DNA of 64,000 nt from assembly GCA_009914755.4 (NCBI GenBank), contig CP086569.2, positions 18,368,001-18,432,000 of the forward strand. Reading direction: 5' to 3'. Made by a program: the position numbers and the translations under genes. The DNA comes from the human T2T-CHM13v2.0 reference genome, Homo sapiens. The notes beneath the pieces were generated by a model. It did no database searches. It was not told the DNA's origin and saw only the letters and a list, made by a program, of their open reading frames with translations. Below, piece after piece: positions 1 to 13,320 of the stretch (position 1 is its first letter; each line of letters begins with the position of its first letter).

Positions 1-2042
1 CTGTCACCCTCCTGATTTAATTTTGCCCATGGTTTCCCACTGACCTTAGAAGAAGAACCATAGAATGCACCATGGCTGCAGACCCCAAGTTCTCCTAACT
101 GTTTCTCTTACCCATTCAGCCTGCTCAACTGCCTGGAGTCTCGTCTGCTTTCAACTGTGGGAACACAGGATTTTGGGTGTCTCAGGAATTTTATGTGCAA
201 TCTCTCAATCTATTCACCCAGTGCCCACCATTATCTAATTGTCCAAGGCTTTGTCCAGCTAAGACTTTAAAGTCAGAGGTTCTGATATCTAACTGTAGAA
301 AAGCTAATAATGCACTGTTTCTAAAGATAAGAAGAAGTTCATTATTTGTTAATGGATGAGATCACTCTCAACTTATAAATCAAGGAAATAATAGTTAATG
401 AAATGAAAGTCCATGTTTGGGATAATTAGTAAAGAAAAAATCTTAGTGCTGAAGACAAATAACACAAGTAAATATTGAAATTACATTAGAATTTATTGGA
501 CAGACTATTACCGTGTTATCTTCCTTAACTGTGTGTTATTAGCTCCAAGTTATGTTAGGTTTAAATACTTACATTTTATGTAGTCTGTCAGTACATTTAA
601 CAGAAAAAAAAGTCCTAGCACACATCATGACAATTTATATAAATATTTGTAAACCTCCTTAACTGTACAGTGTGAAGTAAATAAAGTAAGCTTAGTTATT
701 TACATAGATGAATTATTAATATTTAAATATTGAAATACTGTGAGGGTATGTAATTATGTCACAGTTTTGGTATGGAAATGGGGCATTTGTGTATCCATGT
801 ACCCCGTTAACTTAATAACTTCCCTTCTTACTTCCTGCTGCATGATAAATTTTGGGCCCATGAAGGCTGAGGGACAAACTGTCACCTTTATTGGAAACTT
901 TAGTCCAGCATGAAAGTTTTAATTTCAAAACATTATTTCCTGCCAGATATTTTATTTTCTCTTCTAAGGAAAAAATGCTCCCCAGCAGTATTGTTACCTT
1001 AGCTGTTCTTCAGGTGGACCTGGACAGGACTAATTTTACCACAAAGAACCTCATGACTATGAGAAAAGCGAAAGTATGAAACACTTCATGGAATAAAACT
1101 TATATATTTTACTGTTCATATTTTTATGTGCTTGATATACATGTCTTTCTGGTGAATTGTATTTCTCCATTTTGTAACTGGATTTTTTTTATTGTTGTTG
1201 TTGCTGAGTTATGCAAGTTCTTCATATATTGTGGATAACAGACTGTTTTTACATACGTAACATGGAAACCTTCCTTTCTGTAACACGTCTTTTCATTTTC
1301 TTGATAGTGACTTTTGATGCACAAAAATGTTTAATTTTGAGAAAATGTTTTCTTTAGTTTTCTGCACTTTTGATATCAGATCTAAGAAACCACTGCTAAA
1401 TCCAAGGTTATGAAGATTTATTCTTATGTTTTCTTCTAGAGTTTATGTTTTTCCCTCTACTATGTAGGCTTTGAACCATTATGAGTTAATTTTCTGTTGT
1501 GAGAAAAGAGTACAGTTTCTTTGTCTGAGTGTGGTAGTCAGTTGAATAACAGCATTTGTTGTATTTACTGATCTTGCCTACATGTCAAAAATCCATTGAC
1601 CATAGAGGTATTGTTGGATTTAACATTCAGTTCCATTGAACTCTGAGTATGTCCTTATGCCAGTATTATGCTGTTATGATGACTGCTGCTTAGCCGTAAT
1701 ATTTGAAATTGAGAAATACGAGCCTCCAAGTTGCTTTCTGTTCTTAAGAATATTTTGGCTATTCAGGATTCCTTGAAGTTTATGTGAGTGTTAGAACTGG
1801 CTTGCTCATTTCTACCAAAAGGACTTTGGTATTTTCATAGGAATTATAATGAATTTGTAGATTGCTTTGTGCAGTATTGTCACATAAAAATCATCTTCTA
1901 GTCCAGAAACATTGAGTGTCTTTATATTTATTTAATGTTTCTGGAATTTATTTCAGCAGTATTTCATAATTTTTCATGTCTAATTCTTGCACCTTGGTTA
2001 AATATAGTCTTGAACACATTATAGTCATCGATTTTTTGTTGT

Positions 2043-2200
2043 TGCTTTTTGCGATAGGGCCTTATTCTTTTGCCCAGGTGGGAATATGCTTGTGCAATCA
2101 TAGCTCACTGCAGCTTCAAATACCTTGACTTGACAATTCTCCCACCTTGGCCTCCCAAAATACTGGAATTAGAGGTATAAGCCACCACACTCAGCCTGTT
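2043..2200 (-). mobile_element. Alu fragment (left-arm-like, old)
   Basis: The plus strand reads '...gcccaggtgggaatatgcttgtgcaatcatagctcactgcagc...cctcccaaaatactggaattagaggtataagccaccacactcagcctg', which is the reverse complement of the Alu consensus. It is truncated. Confidence 0.55.
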
Positions 2201-2489
2201 GTTTTTTTGCTTTCTGTTTTGAAAGTTGAAAAGGATGAATTGCTTCATAATCAACGAAAACACAGTACTTTGAATTGCCCAGAAGACATAACGCACAAGA
2301 ACTCTAAGTTGTATAATTGACTTGTTGACGATCTGGGTAAAGTTCAATTACTTATTAAAATTTGGACTTGGTAACATTCCAAAATTGTCTTTAAATAAAC
2401 TTCTTAAATTGTAACAATACAAAAATGACAAGACAAGACATATTTATACAACATTGAAGTTTATAAAAGCACTTAAAATTTTTCAACTC

Positions 2490-2527
2490 ATATTCTTTTT
2501 TCTTTCTTTCTTCTCTCTTTCTCCCTT

Positions 2528-2618
<91 letters not shown>

Positions 2619-2620
2619 AC
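2490..2620. repeat. polypyrimidine simple repeat (TTTC)n/(TC)n, ~130 bp
   Basis: There is a direct run of tc/tttc units. ORFs 2391-2630 and 2454-2675 are translation artefacts of it (RERERE / SLSLSL). Confidence 0.95.
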
Positions 2621-2864
2621 AGGGTCTCACTTTTTCTCGAGGGTGGACTGCAATGGTGCCATCATGGCTAACTGAAGTCTGCAGCCTCTCAATCCTGAGC
2701 TCCTTTTATCTTTCTACCTTTGCCTCAGCCACAATACCTGGACAATTTTATTGGTGTGTGAGTGCAGAGATGATGGTTTGCCATGTTGCCTGGGTTCATC
2801 TCAAACCTCTGTGCTGAAGTGATGTGCCTGCTTGACTTCCCAATGTGCTGAGATTATAGGCATT
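2621..2864 (-). mobile_element. Alu (old, AluJ-like), minus orientation
   Basis: The segment 'agggtctcactttttctcgagggtggactgcaatggtgccatcatggc...cctcagcc...gagattataggcatt' matches the reverse complement of Alu with substantial divergence. Confidence 0.7.
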
Positions 2865-3991
2865 AATAAAACACTTTTTGCATTAGGGTCATTAAAAGTA
2901 AATCAATGTTTCGGCTAAGGTATGAAAATAACTATAATGCAATTTTTTGTATAACTCCATCAATGCTATGGGCAGCCACAACATAAAAATAGTTTTATTA
3001 ACAAGCAACTAAATACATAAAAACACTTGGCAAAATTGTTTAATTGTAGTACATGTTTATTATTTCTAGTTTTCAGCATTTTCTAGATCGTTTTTCATTT
3101 TAAAAATTGTATCCATAGGATAAAGCAAAACCACCTATGAATTGCCATATTTGTTTATTTCTGCATTTGTGAAAATGTCCTCAATTTGTTGACATTGCAA
3201 ACAAATTTCAACTCTGTTATGAAAAAAACAGAAGACAACCTTCTTAGCAATTAATTTTATAGTTACATTTCATACAGTGAATGTACTACCTGTGAAAAAG
3301 TACAAACTCAACTGCTGGTCTTAAACACTGAAAAGAGTTTCCAGTTGATTAAAATGTATTTTATTATATCAATATATTGTATTTATAAAACATCAATTGT
3401 ATTTACATACAATCTAGAAAGTTTACAGCTGTCAGAAATTCTAGTGCAGTTTCAGATGAAATGGGAATTTAAAAATCCCTGTGGAGCTGTAGGTGTAGTA
3501 AAATGTGTAGGTAAAATATGTGCATGCTCTTGACAGTACTTATGAAGGGATGTCTCTCAAACTGACCTCAATGGTTTTCTTCTCAGCAAATTGACCTGGG
3601 CCACTCAACAAGGGTTTCATTATTGCTGATGTCTGTTCATGTTCTTTTATAAAAAAATTATGACTCAAAAGATATTTATATGACATCATGGGGTTAGGGC
3701 TTTCAAAAGCACTGGAAGTTTTCTCTTCTTCATCCATTACGTTTTAAAGTAATTCTACTTTGATTTCTCAGAAACTTGAAGAGTTTCTTGTTAGCCCCAT
3801 AGCCACTGCAGCCAGGTCCCAATGTAGCAGCACAGCCTCAACTCCAAGGCTGTCCCTCCCCCAGCTGCCTGCATCTGTGGCTTCCAGGGCAGGGGGAAAG
3901 ATTCCAGCCTCTTGTTTTTTTGAGAAATAAAATTGTTGTCTTAATTTCATTTTTACATGGTTTATTGCTAGTGAATAGAAATAGATTTTGT

Positions 3992-4287
3992 GGCCGGGTG
4001 CAGTGGGTCACACCTGTAATCTCAGCACTTTAGGAGGCCAAGGCGGGCACACCACCTGAGGTCAGGACTTTGAGACCAGCCTGACCAACATGGAGAAATC
4101 CAGTCTCTACTAGAAATACAAAATTAGCCATGCATGGTGCGGCATGTCTGAATTGCAGCTACTCAGGAGGCTGAGGCAGGATAGCCACTCAAACCCAGGA
4201 AATGGAGGTTGTGGTGAGCCAAGATCATGCCATTGCATTCCACCCTGGGCAACAACAGCATAACGCCATAAAAAGGAAAAAAAAAAG
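3992..4287 (+). mobile_element. Alu (AluS-like), plus orientation with A-tail
   Basis: It starts 'ggccgggtgcagtgggtcacacctgtaatctcagcactttaggaggccaaggcggg', continues '...gagccaagatcatgccattgcattccaccctgggcaacaacagc' and ends in a poly-A. Confidence 0.9.
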
Positions 4288-4949
4288 ATTTCATTTGTTG
4301 AAATTTTCTCCTGTTATTTTGCTTAATTTGTTTACTAGATTTCATAATTTCTAGATGGTTCCTCATGGTTTTCTGTGTATGAGATCTGTGAGTAGTTTTA
4401 CTTTTCTCTTTTGCATATGAATGGTTGTGTGTGTGTAAATATACATATATAAGTATATCTATATAGTTGACCTACTGGGACTTCTAGTAAGGGGTTTAAT
4501 ATAGTTAAGCATCAGTGCAGTGTTCCTCATCTTAAAGCCTTGGTTCTCAACAATTTAGATGATTGTTATGGGTTTTGCATAAAGACGTTTTAGCACGTGA
4601 AAAAAATTTGAACCACAGTTTATTGGATTTTTAATTGTTAAATATGCTGTCTTTACTTTCTGTAAAAGTCGAGACAAACATGGTTCCATCATTTGATTTA
4701 CATAATATATTGAAAAGGGATGGCATTGGAATGGTAAAAATTCTTTGATTTTCTGAGAAAATTTCTTAAATATTGTGGTCTATAATGTCTTCGCTGTGTA
4801 AAAAATTCCATGTACTATTATTTGGTTAAACTTTATGATGTCTATAATTATCAGATTCAGTAATATTTAGTTTTTTATGCTAGTGATATCATATGTTTAA
4901 TTCAATACTCACTTGGGCTTAGAAAGAGGTATGACTGCTTGTATTCTTA

Positions 4950-7900
4950 TGGGTATAAGGGGTTAGAGGTTAGAGTCATAGAGGATGTATTTAAAGTTTT
5001 TTAAGCATAATGGGGTAACCTTAAGGATAGGATAGAAACGGAGGATTAGGATATGGTTTACAATTGCAGAACAACTTCAGTATTAGACTGAGGGTTAACG
5101 CTGGACTTGAGATAAGATTTAGTGCTGTGGTAGGATTACGGTTGCAGTTAGAGTTAAGATTAGGGTTATGGGCTAGGGTTAGGGTTGACTTCAGGGTTAA
5201 GGTTCATAATCAGGGTTAGAGGTTAGGTTTGGGGTTGGGTTATGCTTAGGTTTAGCATAAAAAGCCAGGCTTACAGTTAGAGGTTAGGAATTAGGATCAT
5301 GGCCAGGGTTAGGGTTGGTGTTAAGGGTTAGTGTGAGGGTAAGGGTTAGAGTGTTAGTGTTAGGTTTCAGTGTTTGGGTTAATATTTAGCATTAGGATGG
5401 GGCTTATGGTCATATTCAGAGTTAGGGTTCAGGGTTCAGGGTTAGGGTTCAGGGTTATTGTTAAGGTTAATGTTCATCATTTTTGGCTAGATGTTAGTGT
5501 TAGTGTTGGACATACGATTAGGACTTTGTATTTAGGTTCAGCATGAGAGTGCTGGGTCTGTTTTGAGGTTGAGGTTAGTGGTCATGATTAGGTTTACACT
5601 TAGGTTTGGGTTTACAGTTTAGGACTAGGGTTAGAGTTTAGTGTCAGCGTTTTGTTTATTGTTAGGGTTAGGGGTGAGCATTTATGGTTAGTGTTGGTAT
5701 TATGGTTTTTCTAGAGTTAGGGGCTAAGATTAGGTTTAGGTTTAGGGTTTAGGTTTAATTATGGTTACAGGTTTTGTTTTAGGGCTAGGGTTAGTGTTAA
5801 TGGTTAGGGTTTATGATCTATGGTTAAGGTTATGATTAGGTTCAGTGTTTAGGGTAAGAGTTATTTTTGGGTTTAGTGCCAAGGTTAAGATTATGTTAGA
5901 ATTATGTTCGTTTTACTGTTAGGATAAGGGTATTGGGGTTAGTGTTTAGTCTGAGTTTCAGAGTTATGGGATGCATTTAAAGTTATCTTAAGTGTTTTTG
6001 GGATTTCAGATTTTATAGTTAGAATTAGGGTTAGGTTTAGGTGGTAGTGTAAGGGTTCGCATTACGGTTTGGATTAAGGTTAGGTTTAGGATTCAGAATG
6101 AGGGTTAAAAGTAGGGTGAGCGTTATGTTTAGTGTTAGTGTTATGATTAAAGTGTTTGGTTTAGTGTTAAATTTTAGGGTTAGGGTTTAGTGCTGGTTTA
6201 CAGTTTAACGTTGGGTACCTGGTTGTGGTTTAGTTAGGGTTAGGATGATCTTTAAAGTGTTTGGCTAAAGCATTTGGCTAAAGATTAGGATTAGGGTTAG
6301 TGTTAGGGTTAGAGTAGGGCTTGGGATTGGGTGTTAGTGTTAGAGTTAGGGTTTATGGTTTGGCTAATGTTTAGAGTATTTTTTAGGGTGAGTTTTACAG
6401 TTAGGGTTAGGATTTGGGCTTAGGAATCTCTGTTTAGAGTAAGGTAAGGTTTATGTTTATATTTGGGGTTGTGTTCATGAAGGTGTAGGGTTAACGGTAA
6501 AAGCTTTAGGAATAGTGGTAAGGGTTGGGCATACATTTGGTGTTGGTGTTAGTGTTGAAGTTAGGGTTAGGATTTGGGGTAGGTATTAGGGATTGAGTTT
6601 TCTGTTAGTGTTAGGGTTTAGGATTAGTGTTAGGGATTAGCGTTTGTGTTAGTGTTACAGTTAGCGACTAAGGTTTAGTTTAGCATTTAGGGTTAGGGTT
6701 TTGGTTAATGGTTAGGATTATGGGTTATGATTACAATTTATGAAATGATTAGGATTATGGTTAGGTTTTAGTTTTAGAGACATGGTTTAGGCTTATTTTT
6801 AGGGATGGGTTTAGAGTTAGGTTACTTTTAGTGTTAAAGTTCAGGATTTACGATTTTACAGTTAGGATTGGTGTTATTGTTAGGGTTATGTGTTGAGCTT
6901 ATGGTTAGGTTCACTTCTTCAGTGTTTCATTGTTAGCATTAAGATTACTTATAAAAATAAGAGATTGGCTTTGGGTTAAGGTTTCAAGGTTAGTTTTAGA
7001 GTTAAGTTAGGGTTAGTATTTAGGGTAAGGATTACCTTTAGGTTACCAGATAGAGTAAGTTTTAGGGTTAGGGCTAGAGGATATGGGTTAAAATTTAGGG
7101 TTAGGGTTAGCTTTAGGATATAGAATTTGTGTCAGGGGTTAGTGTTAGGGTTGGTGTTTAGTGTTACTGTTCGTGTTTTCATTGGGCTTGTTGATATGGT
7201 TCTGTTGGTGTTATAGAAAGGAGATGGTGTTAGAATTAGGATTATGTTTAGAATTATTGTTTAATGTTACTGTTAACATTAGGGTAGGAGTAGGTTATGC
7301 TTTAGGGTTATAGTTATCGTTAGTGTTTAAATTTAGATTAAGGGGTTAAGGTTATGTTTAGAATTATGATTACAGTTAGGGTTATGATTATTGGTTAGAA
7401 TTAGGGTTAGGGTTTGCATCAGGGTACAAATTGGGTAACACATTAGGGTTAGAGTTAATGTTACTATTTAGGCTTAGGGTTAGGGGTTATGGTTAGGTGT
7501 AGGGTTAGGGTTGGGCTAAAGATTAATGTTAGGATTAGGGTTTGGGTTTTATGTAACAGCTAGGTTTAGGTTTTGGGTAGGTGTAGGGTTAGGGTTGTAA
7601 TAAGAGTTCTAGGATTGGACTTAGGGTTTAGTATTAGACTTAATATGAGTGTTATGTTCCTGTTCAGAAAGCAGGTTTAGGAGCTAGAATTTAGGACTAG
7701 GTGTTAGGTGTTGTGGTTAGTGTTAGGGGTAATATTTTAGGGTTAACATTAGCTTTTAATGGATAGAGATAGGGTTTTTTGTTTAGGATTAGTGTTTTTG
7801 TCTTAGGGTTAGGGCTTTAGGGTTAGGGTTTTAGTCTTAGGGTTTAAGTTCATGTTTATGTAATGTTTGGATTACCCTTGGGTTAGGGTTATTATCAGGG

Positions 7901-8110
7901 TCAGGGTCAAATTCAGGTTTAGCTGTTAGAGTTAGGATTTAGAGTTGGGATTTGTTTTGGGGCTTCGGTTTTGGTGAGTGGTTAGGCATAGGGTTGATGT
8001 TGGGGTCAAGTTTGAGGCTTGAGGTTGCTGTTAGTGTTAGGGATCCTGGATTAGGATTAGGGGTAGAAGCAGGGTTAAGGTTAATGTTATGATTAAGTTT
8101 AGGTTTAGGG
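4950..8110 (+). repeat. degenerate telomere-like hexamer array (TTAGGG)n, ~3.2 kb, G-strand on +
   Basis: Thousands of bases of gttagg / gttagggttaggg / ttaggg variants, e.g. 5440-5460, 6170-6190, 7086-7110, 7790-7840. The array is highly diverged and has no spacer structure. Confidence 0.85.
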
Positions 8111-9169
8111 AGGCACTGGGCAGCTGGGTACTGTATTAGGTCATCAATCTGGTTTGCAGAAGGGAGGACTAAGACTTGCACCCAGAACTTTTCTGTGTCT
8201 GAGCGCAGGGCCATCTTAATGCTCCTTGTAGAGCCTAGTAGATTTGGAGCAGAAAGGAAGCTGCTTTCTGAGGCCACAGCTTTTCTAAATGTCAACCCAG
8301 AGTTGACCAAATCCACAGTAGTTTGTTTTTGAGTGTGATAGGTGTTTTGAGGTAGTCTCTGGAAGGCCCAAAGGAAGGGAAGGTAGTGACAGCTTACACC
8401 ACAGATACAGTTTGGTAAACCTTAGAGGTAACAGTGGAAATAATTAAATGCTGGTGGCCAAGCAGCCACAAGTGGAGCTCTGTGTACCAGCCATAAGTGG
8501 AGACTGACTTGGCACATTCTCCTGCACCAGCAGGAGAAAGCAACCTGCAGATTCTGACTCCAGTCTCTAGCGCTACAGTTGCGTGAGATGTGGAATGACA
8601 GCAGAATTTAAAATCAGCAGAATTCCAAGGTGTTTGGCCTATTAAATCCTGGAAAGGCTGTTGAGATTGATGGTTGTGGCAGTTCCTGTCTCAAGAGGGA
8701 GGCTGAGGCCCGTGACTGGTGAGCCTGGTTCATGTGGCCTGGTATGACTGGGCTAAATGTTGTGGCCACTTCCATACTTTACAGTCCTTGTTGTAGCACA
8801 TATGAGCTGTGCTCCTCCCTCCAGGCCTGTGTCCATTAGGGGCCACAGGGATCAGGTTCCCAGGGCATGAAGCTCTCCTTTGTCTGGGAGCTGAGACCAG
8901 GTTGGCTCCAGGCAGGTGCCCAGTGAGGACTGAATATAGGGGATGCATGAGAAGAGGGAGAGAAGTCCCCCGAATCACATGCTCTCCTTGTTGAAACAGC
9001 TAGATTGTGAAAAAATCCACTCTACAAACATGGGCTCACTTTTCTATTCACTGCTGTAGTTGAGACTGGGCAGAGGCTGCCACAACCACTGTGGTCCCTG
9101 GCACTTGCCTACCCTCTCCACTTGGCTGTCCTGACCCTTCCTCTTGCTCCGCCAACTCTTATGCCTCCT

Positions 9170-9900
9170 GCCCCTTTTAACCTCATGGAAATGCAAGTCA
9201 AAACCACAGTAAGATATCACTTCACATCCATTATAATTCCAAAAAACAAACAAACAAACAAAAGCTAACAGTTGTTGAAAGGAAGTGGGAAAATTTGAAA
9301 GTAAAATGCTTCCACTGCTGTGGGAAGTAGTTTGGTGGTTCTGCAAGTGCTAAATATAAAATTACCAAAGAACGCAGAAAATCCACTCCAAGCTATACAC
9401 ACAAAATGTAAAACAGGTATTCAAACAAAAGCTGTATACATATGTTCATAGCAGCATTCACAATAACTAAAATGTGGAAAGAAACCAAATAAATATTCAC
9501 CAACAAAAAGTAAGAAGCAAAATGTAGTATATCCATACAATGGCATAATGTTCAGCTGTAAAAAGGATTACAACACTAATGCTACAATGTGGAGAAATTT
9601 CAAAACCATTTTGATTTAAGAAGTTGAAGACAAAATTCACATACTGTATGATTTTATTTATATAAAATTTAGAATAGGTAAATCCATAGAGACAAAAAGC
9701 AGATTACTGGTTGCTAGGTGTCAGAAAGAGGACAGATTGGGTAGTAGCTCCTTAATAGGTAGGGTTTTTTCTTTTCTGGATGATGAAAACAGTTTGGAAC
9801 TTAGAGGTGGTTGTTGCATACAAATGTGCATGTCCTAAGGATCACTAAAGAATTCATTAAGAAACAGTTAATTTTATATTATGTGAAGGAACTTCACCTC
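9170..9900 (+). mobile_element. old L1 (L1M-type) 3' end fragment
   Basis: 'gcttccactgctgtgggaagtagtttggtggttc...gttcatagcagcattcacaataactaaaatgtggaaagaaaccaaataaat...atacaatggcataatgttcagctgtaaaaagga...' parallels the mammalian L1 3'-terminal consensus. Confidence 0.7.
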
Positions 9901-10439
9901 ACTAAAAAGACAAAACTTCTTCCTCAGCATTCCACAGAGTGCTCTCAGAATGGGGTTCTGGTCCCTCCACAGTCCAGAACTGCCTGGGGCCAGGCCCACC
10001 ACATACTAGGCATGTACTCCAGCCACACTGTCCACCAGCTCCTCGACCTGTTACCAGTGAAAGTATCTGTTACTGCTGTCAAATCTATCATGGTCTGCAG
10101 TAACATCAACTCTTGCCTCCTCAGAAGAAAGAATTTGGCTGAGGGGAATAAAGTAGCAAAAGAGACTGAGAAAAGTTTCACAGCAAACGTGGATGTTTAT
10201 TTAAAAAGTTTTAGCGTAAGAAAAAATGGAAAGTGCAGTTGGAAGAGATCCAAGTGGGTGACTGGAATATATAACATACATAAGACTTGCAAATATTTTG
10301 TCCCATGCTGTTGGTTTCCTTTTAACTAGACAGTGTCCTTTGATGCACCAAAGTGTTTAGTTTTGATGAAATTCGATTGATCTATCTTTTCTTTTGTTTT
10401 ATGTTCATTCAGTGATAAAGCCAAGAAATCATTTACAAA

Positions 10440-10700
10440 TCCACAGCCAATAAACACCTAAACCACCATGGGATTACCACTTTATCCCCATTGGAATATC
10501 TATTTTTGTTAAGGAAAAGTTTGAGAGTATGTGGAGAAATTGGAACCCTTATACATTGCCAGTGAGAATGAGAAATTGTGGTAACGGTTGCACAGTGTGA
10601 GCATAGTTAATGCTACTGAACTATACATTCAAAGATGTTTGAAATGGTAAATTTGTTTATGTATGTTTTATCACATTCAACAAAAGCTTCCTCAGAAGTT
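10440..10700 (+). mobile_element. L1 3'-terminal fragment (continuation, internally deleted)
   Basis: 'gtggagaaattggaacccttatacattgc...gttgcacagtgtgagcatagttaatgctactgaactatacattcaaagatgtttgaaatggtaaatttgtttatgtatgttttatcac' matches the L1 3' UTR terminal block. Confidence 0.55.
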
Positions 10701-12296
10701 GTCCTAAAATAGTTACATGTGTGATGAAAGAAGACACTCCTCTCTTATCATGAGTAGAAGCCTATTTAGTTATTCATGCTGTTATACACATTCCTAGCTC
10801 TTCCGCACGACCAGCATGATCTCATCAAGCAGAATGAGTCCCTTCTCACCCAGCCCATTTGTGTTTCTTTCCATCATTGCATTCTCCTATTCAACTCACT
10901 ACCTGCCTGCTACAAACCACTGTAAATTACAAATCTATTTACCGTTTCTGTAGACATTTCTTCTCTGTAATGCAACAGAAATGAAATCACACAATATGTC
11001 ATCTCCTCAGAGTGGCTTTTATCACTTAGCTTTATGTATACCTGATGCTTCCATGGCTTTGCATGACTTCATAAATCACTCTTTTTCTTTTAATGAATAG
11101 TATCACATTTTATGAATTTATCTGGCTTGGTTAATATTGAAGGGTATCCTGTTTCCTTAAAGTATTTGGCCATTGTCAAGAGAGCAGTTATACATAAATG
11201 CATGTGGTTTTTGGTTAGATGCGAGTTTCCAAATCTGTTGTCTAAATACCTAAGTGTGCAATTGTTAGCCTATATGATGAGATCATGTTTTCCTTTGGAA
11301 AAAACTGCCAAACTGTGGCAGAAGAAAACAGCCATATTTTAAGGTTGTTGTACAATTATGCATTCCATCAGCAATGAATGAGATTTTCTGTTGCAGTTTT
11401 GATTATATTTAAAAAGATATTTAGACATAGTATAGCTGTTTAGTGCTCTCATTCTTATGTTAATTTGCCTTCCCCAGATGACAATTGTTGTTAAGCATTA
11501 TTTTGCTGTTATTGCTTGTTCATTAATCTATGATTGCTGCCAAAAAACATGCATGTATTGTGCCACAGAAAATCAATTTTTAAAAACACATTATAAGCTC
11601 TACTTGGTAAAAACTCAGAACATTATGCTGGTCCACATAGTCATTTATCCTGCTATTTTTTCTAATTTTATGGTTACTACAATAAAATAGTGAACTGCAG
11701 CTACTAAGACAACGTGGTGTATTAGTGTGATGCTTCACTTTGTTGAGATCTCTTTCAATCAAATTATTTCTTTACAGATGTCAGGGGAGCAACAGGAATT
11801 TCTAGAGCACAAGCTAGTTTCTGTTGGAATTGACAAAAAGCTCTGATTTCAACTTCAGTACCTATCTTGCAGTGTTGAATCATTGACAAAGATTAGAACT
11901 ATGAAGGTTTTGGTTCTTAAATCTGCTTCTACAAAAGTAAGCCAAAATTTGAAATCACATGTGTTTGGTCTGTTAGTTTTTCATCTTTCACAAAACATTC
12001 CACTGTATCAGAATGAAATTTGAAGACTGAGATTCATTTAATAATGGTTTACTAACTTTTGTCTCTTTTTGCATTTAGACGTCACAAATAAAACATCTGA
12101 TAATTTCAGCAGTACACATTTTAAATAACAAAAGCCAGAAAGAATGATAGATGAAATTAATTCCAGGAATTTATAATGACTTGTTATTTGGTTTTTACTT
12201 ATTGCTGTCACTGTGTTTTCTATCTTCAGCATACTAAAATAATAATGAATTCTACCAATCATTCTAAAATAACTGCCTAATAAAGCAATTGAATAG

Positions 12297-12612
12297 TTTT
12301 GTTTGTTTGTTTTTGTTTGTTTGTTTGTTTGAGATGGAGTCTCACTCTGTTCCCATGGCTGGAGTGCAATGGCGTGATCTAGGCTCTGGTAATGTCAGCT
12401 TTCCGGGTTCATGCAATTCTCCTGTCTCAGCCTCCTGGAGATCAGGGATTACAGGAGTCCACCACCACTCCTGGCTAATTTTTTATATTTTTAGTAGAGA
12501 GCTTGTTTCATCATGTCGATCAGGATGATCTCAAATACCTGACCTAAGGACATCCACTTGGCTTAGCCTCCTAAAGTGCTCAGATTACAGGTGCAAGCCA
12601 CCATCTCTGGCC
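12297..12612 (-). mobile_element. Alu, minus orientation, with (TTTG)n tail
   Basis: A (TTTG)n tail is followed by 'gagatggagtctcactctgttcccatggctggagtgcaatggcgtgatct...gcctcctaaagtgctcagattacaggtgcaagccaccatctctggcc'. Confidence 0.9.
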
Positions 12613-13189
12613 AAGCCCATTATTTTATCTCTTTATGGGACAAGTGTAGGTTGAAAACTGTCTTTTCTAATACTTGCCAAGGCCTCAAGATTGTTACAAT
12701 AAAAATAAAACTTCCAACCAAAGGATACTTGTTGGCATAGATAAAATTAAGAAAACCTGAGAAAGAAAACAGCCAGCTTCTGGCTGTTTCCTGGAGATCA
12801 TGCCTAATGTCTGGGGAACGCTTGCACCCTGGAGGAAGGGTAGAGCTGGGGTAGGTTGGAATAGTCTTTGGAGCCACTGCCACTCTGGCAGCCACTGTTG
12901 TTCCTCAGAAAATGGCTTGGAGCTTCAGCCTTCAGCAGATGAAACAGGGGCTTAGCGATCAGTATTTCGTTTGCCTGTTTTCCATCTCCATATCTTGTTT
13001 GGTGAGGTATCTATTCAGGTCTTTACCTATTAATTGGGTCAACTTATTTCTTTGTATATTTCGCATGAAAGTCACTTTTCAGATATGTTTCCTAGACTTT
13101 TCTCAGCCCGCATCTTATTTTTTGGTTCTTCTAATTGAATCATATTTTTTGTTTTGTTTTGTTCCTTTTTTACTTTTTTGTTTTTTGCT

Positions 13190-13320
13190 TTTTTTGAGAT
13201 GGAGCCTCACTCTGTCACCCAGGCTGGGGTGGAAAGGCATGATTTTGGCCCAATGCAACATCTGTCTCCCGGGTGTAAGGGATTCTTCTGTCTCAGCCTC
13301 CTGAGTAATTGAATTACATA
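13190..13320 (-). mobile_element. Alu fragment (partial), minus
   Basis: 'tttttgagatggagcctcactctgtcacccaggctgg...gtctcagcctcctgagtaattg'. A T-run lies at 13341-13368 nearby. Confidence 0.6.

Noticed and set aside
2391-2675. ORFs encoding 'RERERERE' and 'SLSLSLSL'
   Set aside because: They are translations of the (TC)n/(GA)n simple repeat.
4950-8110. Regular short repeat array that could superficially be mistaken for a CRISPR or satellite
   Set aside because: The period is 6 bp with no unique spacers. It is a telomere-type hexamer in a eukaryotic context, not a CRISPR.
7939-8316. 125-aa ORF on the minus strand inside and next to the telomere-like array
   Set aside because: It is a translation of degenerate CCCTAA-type hexamers (N/P/L-rich low complexity: 'NPNPGSLTLT...NINPMPN'). 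It has no start context and no homology.
9811-10329. 172-aa ORF on the plus strand
   Set aside because: It runs from an L1M 3'-end fragment into unique AT-rich DNA. It has no recognisable domain and an overlapping antisense ORF, so it is a chance ORF.
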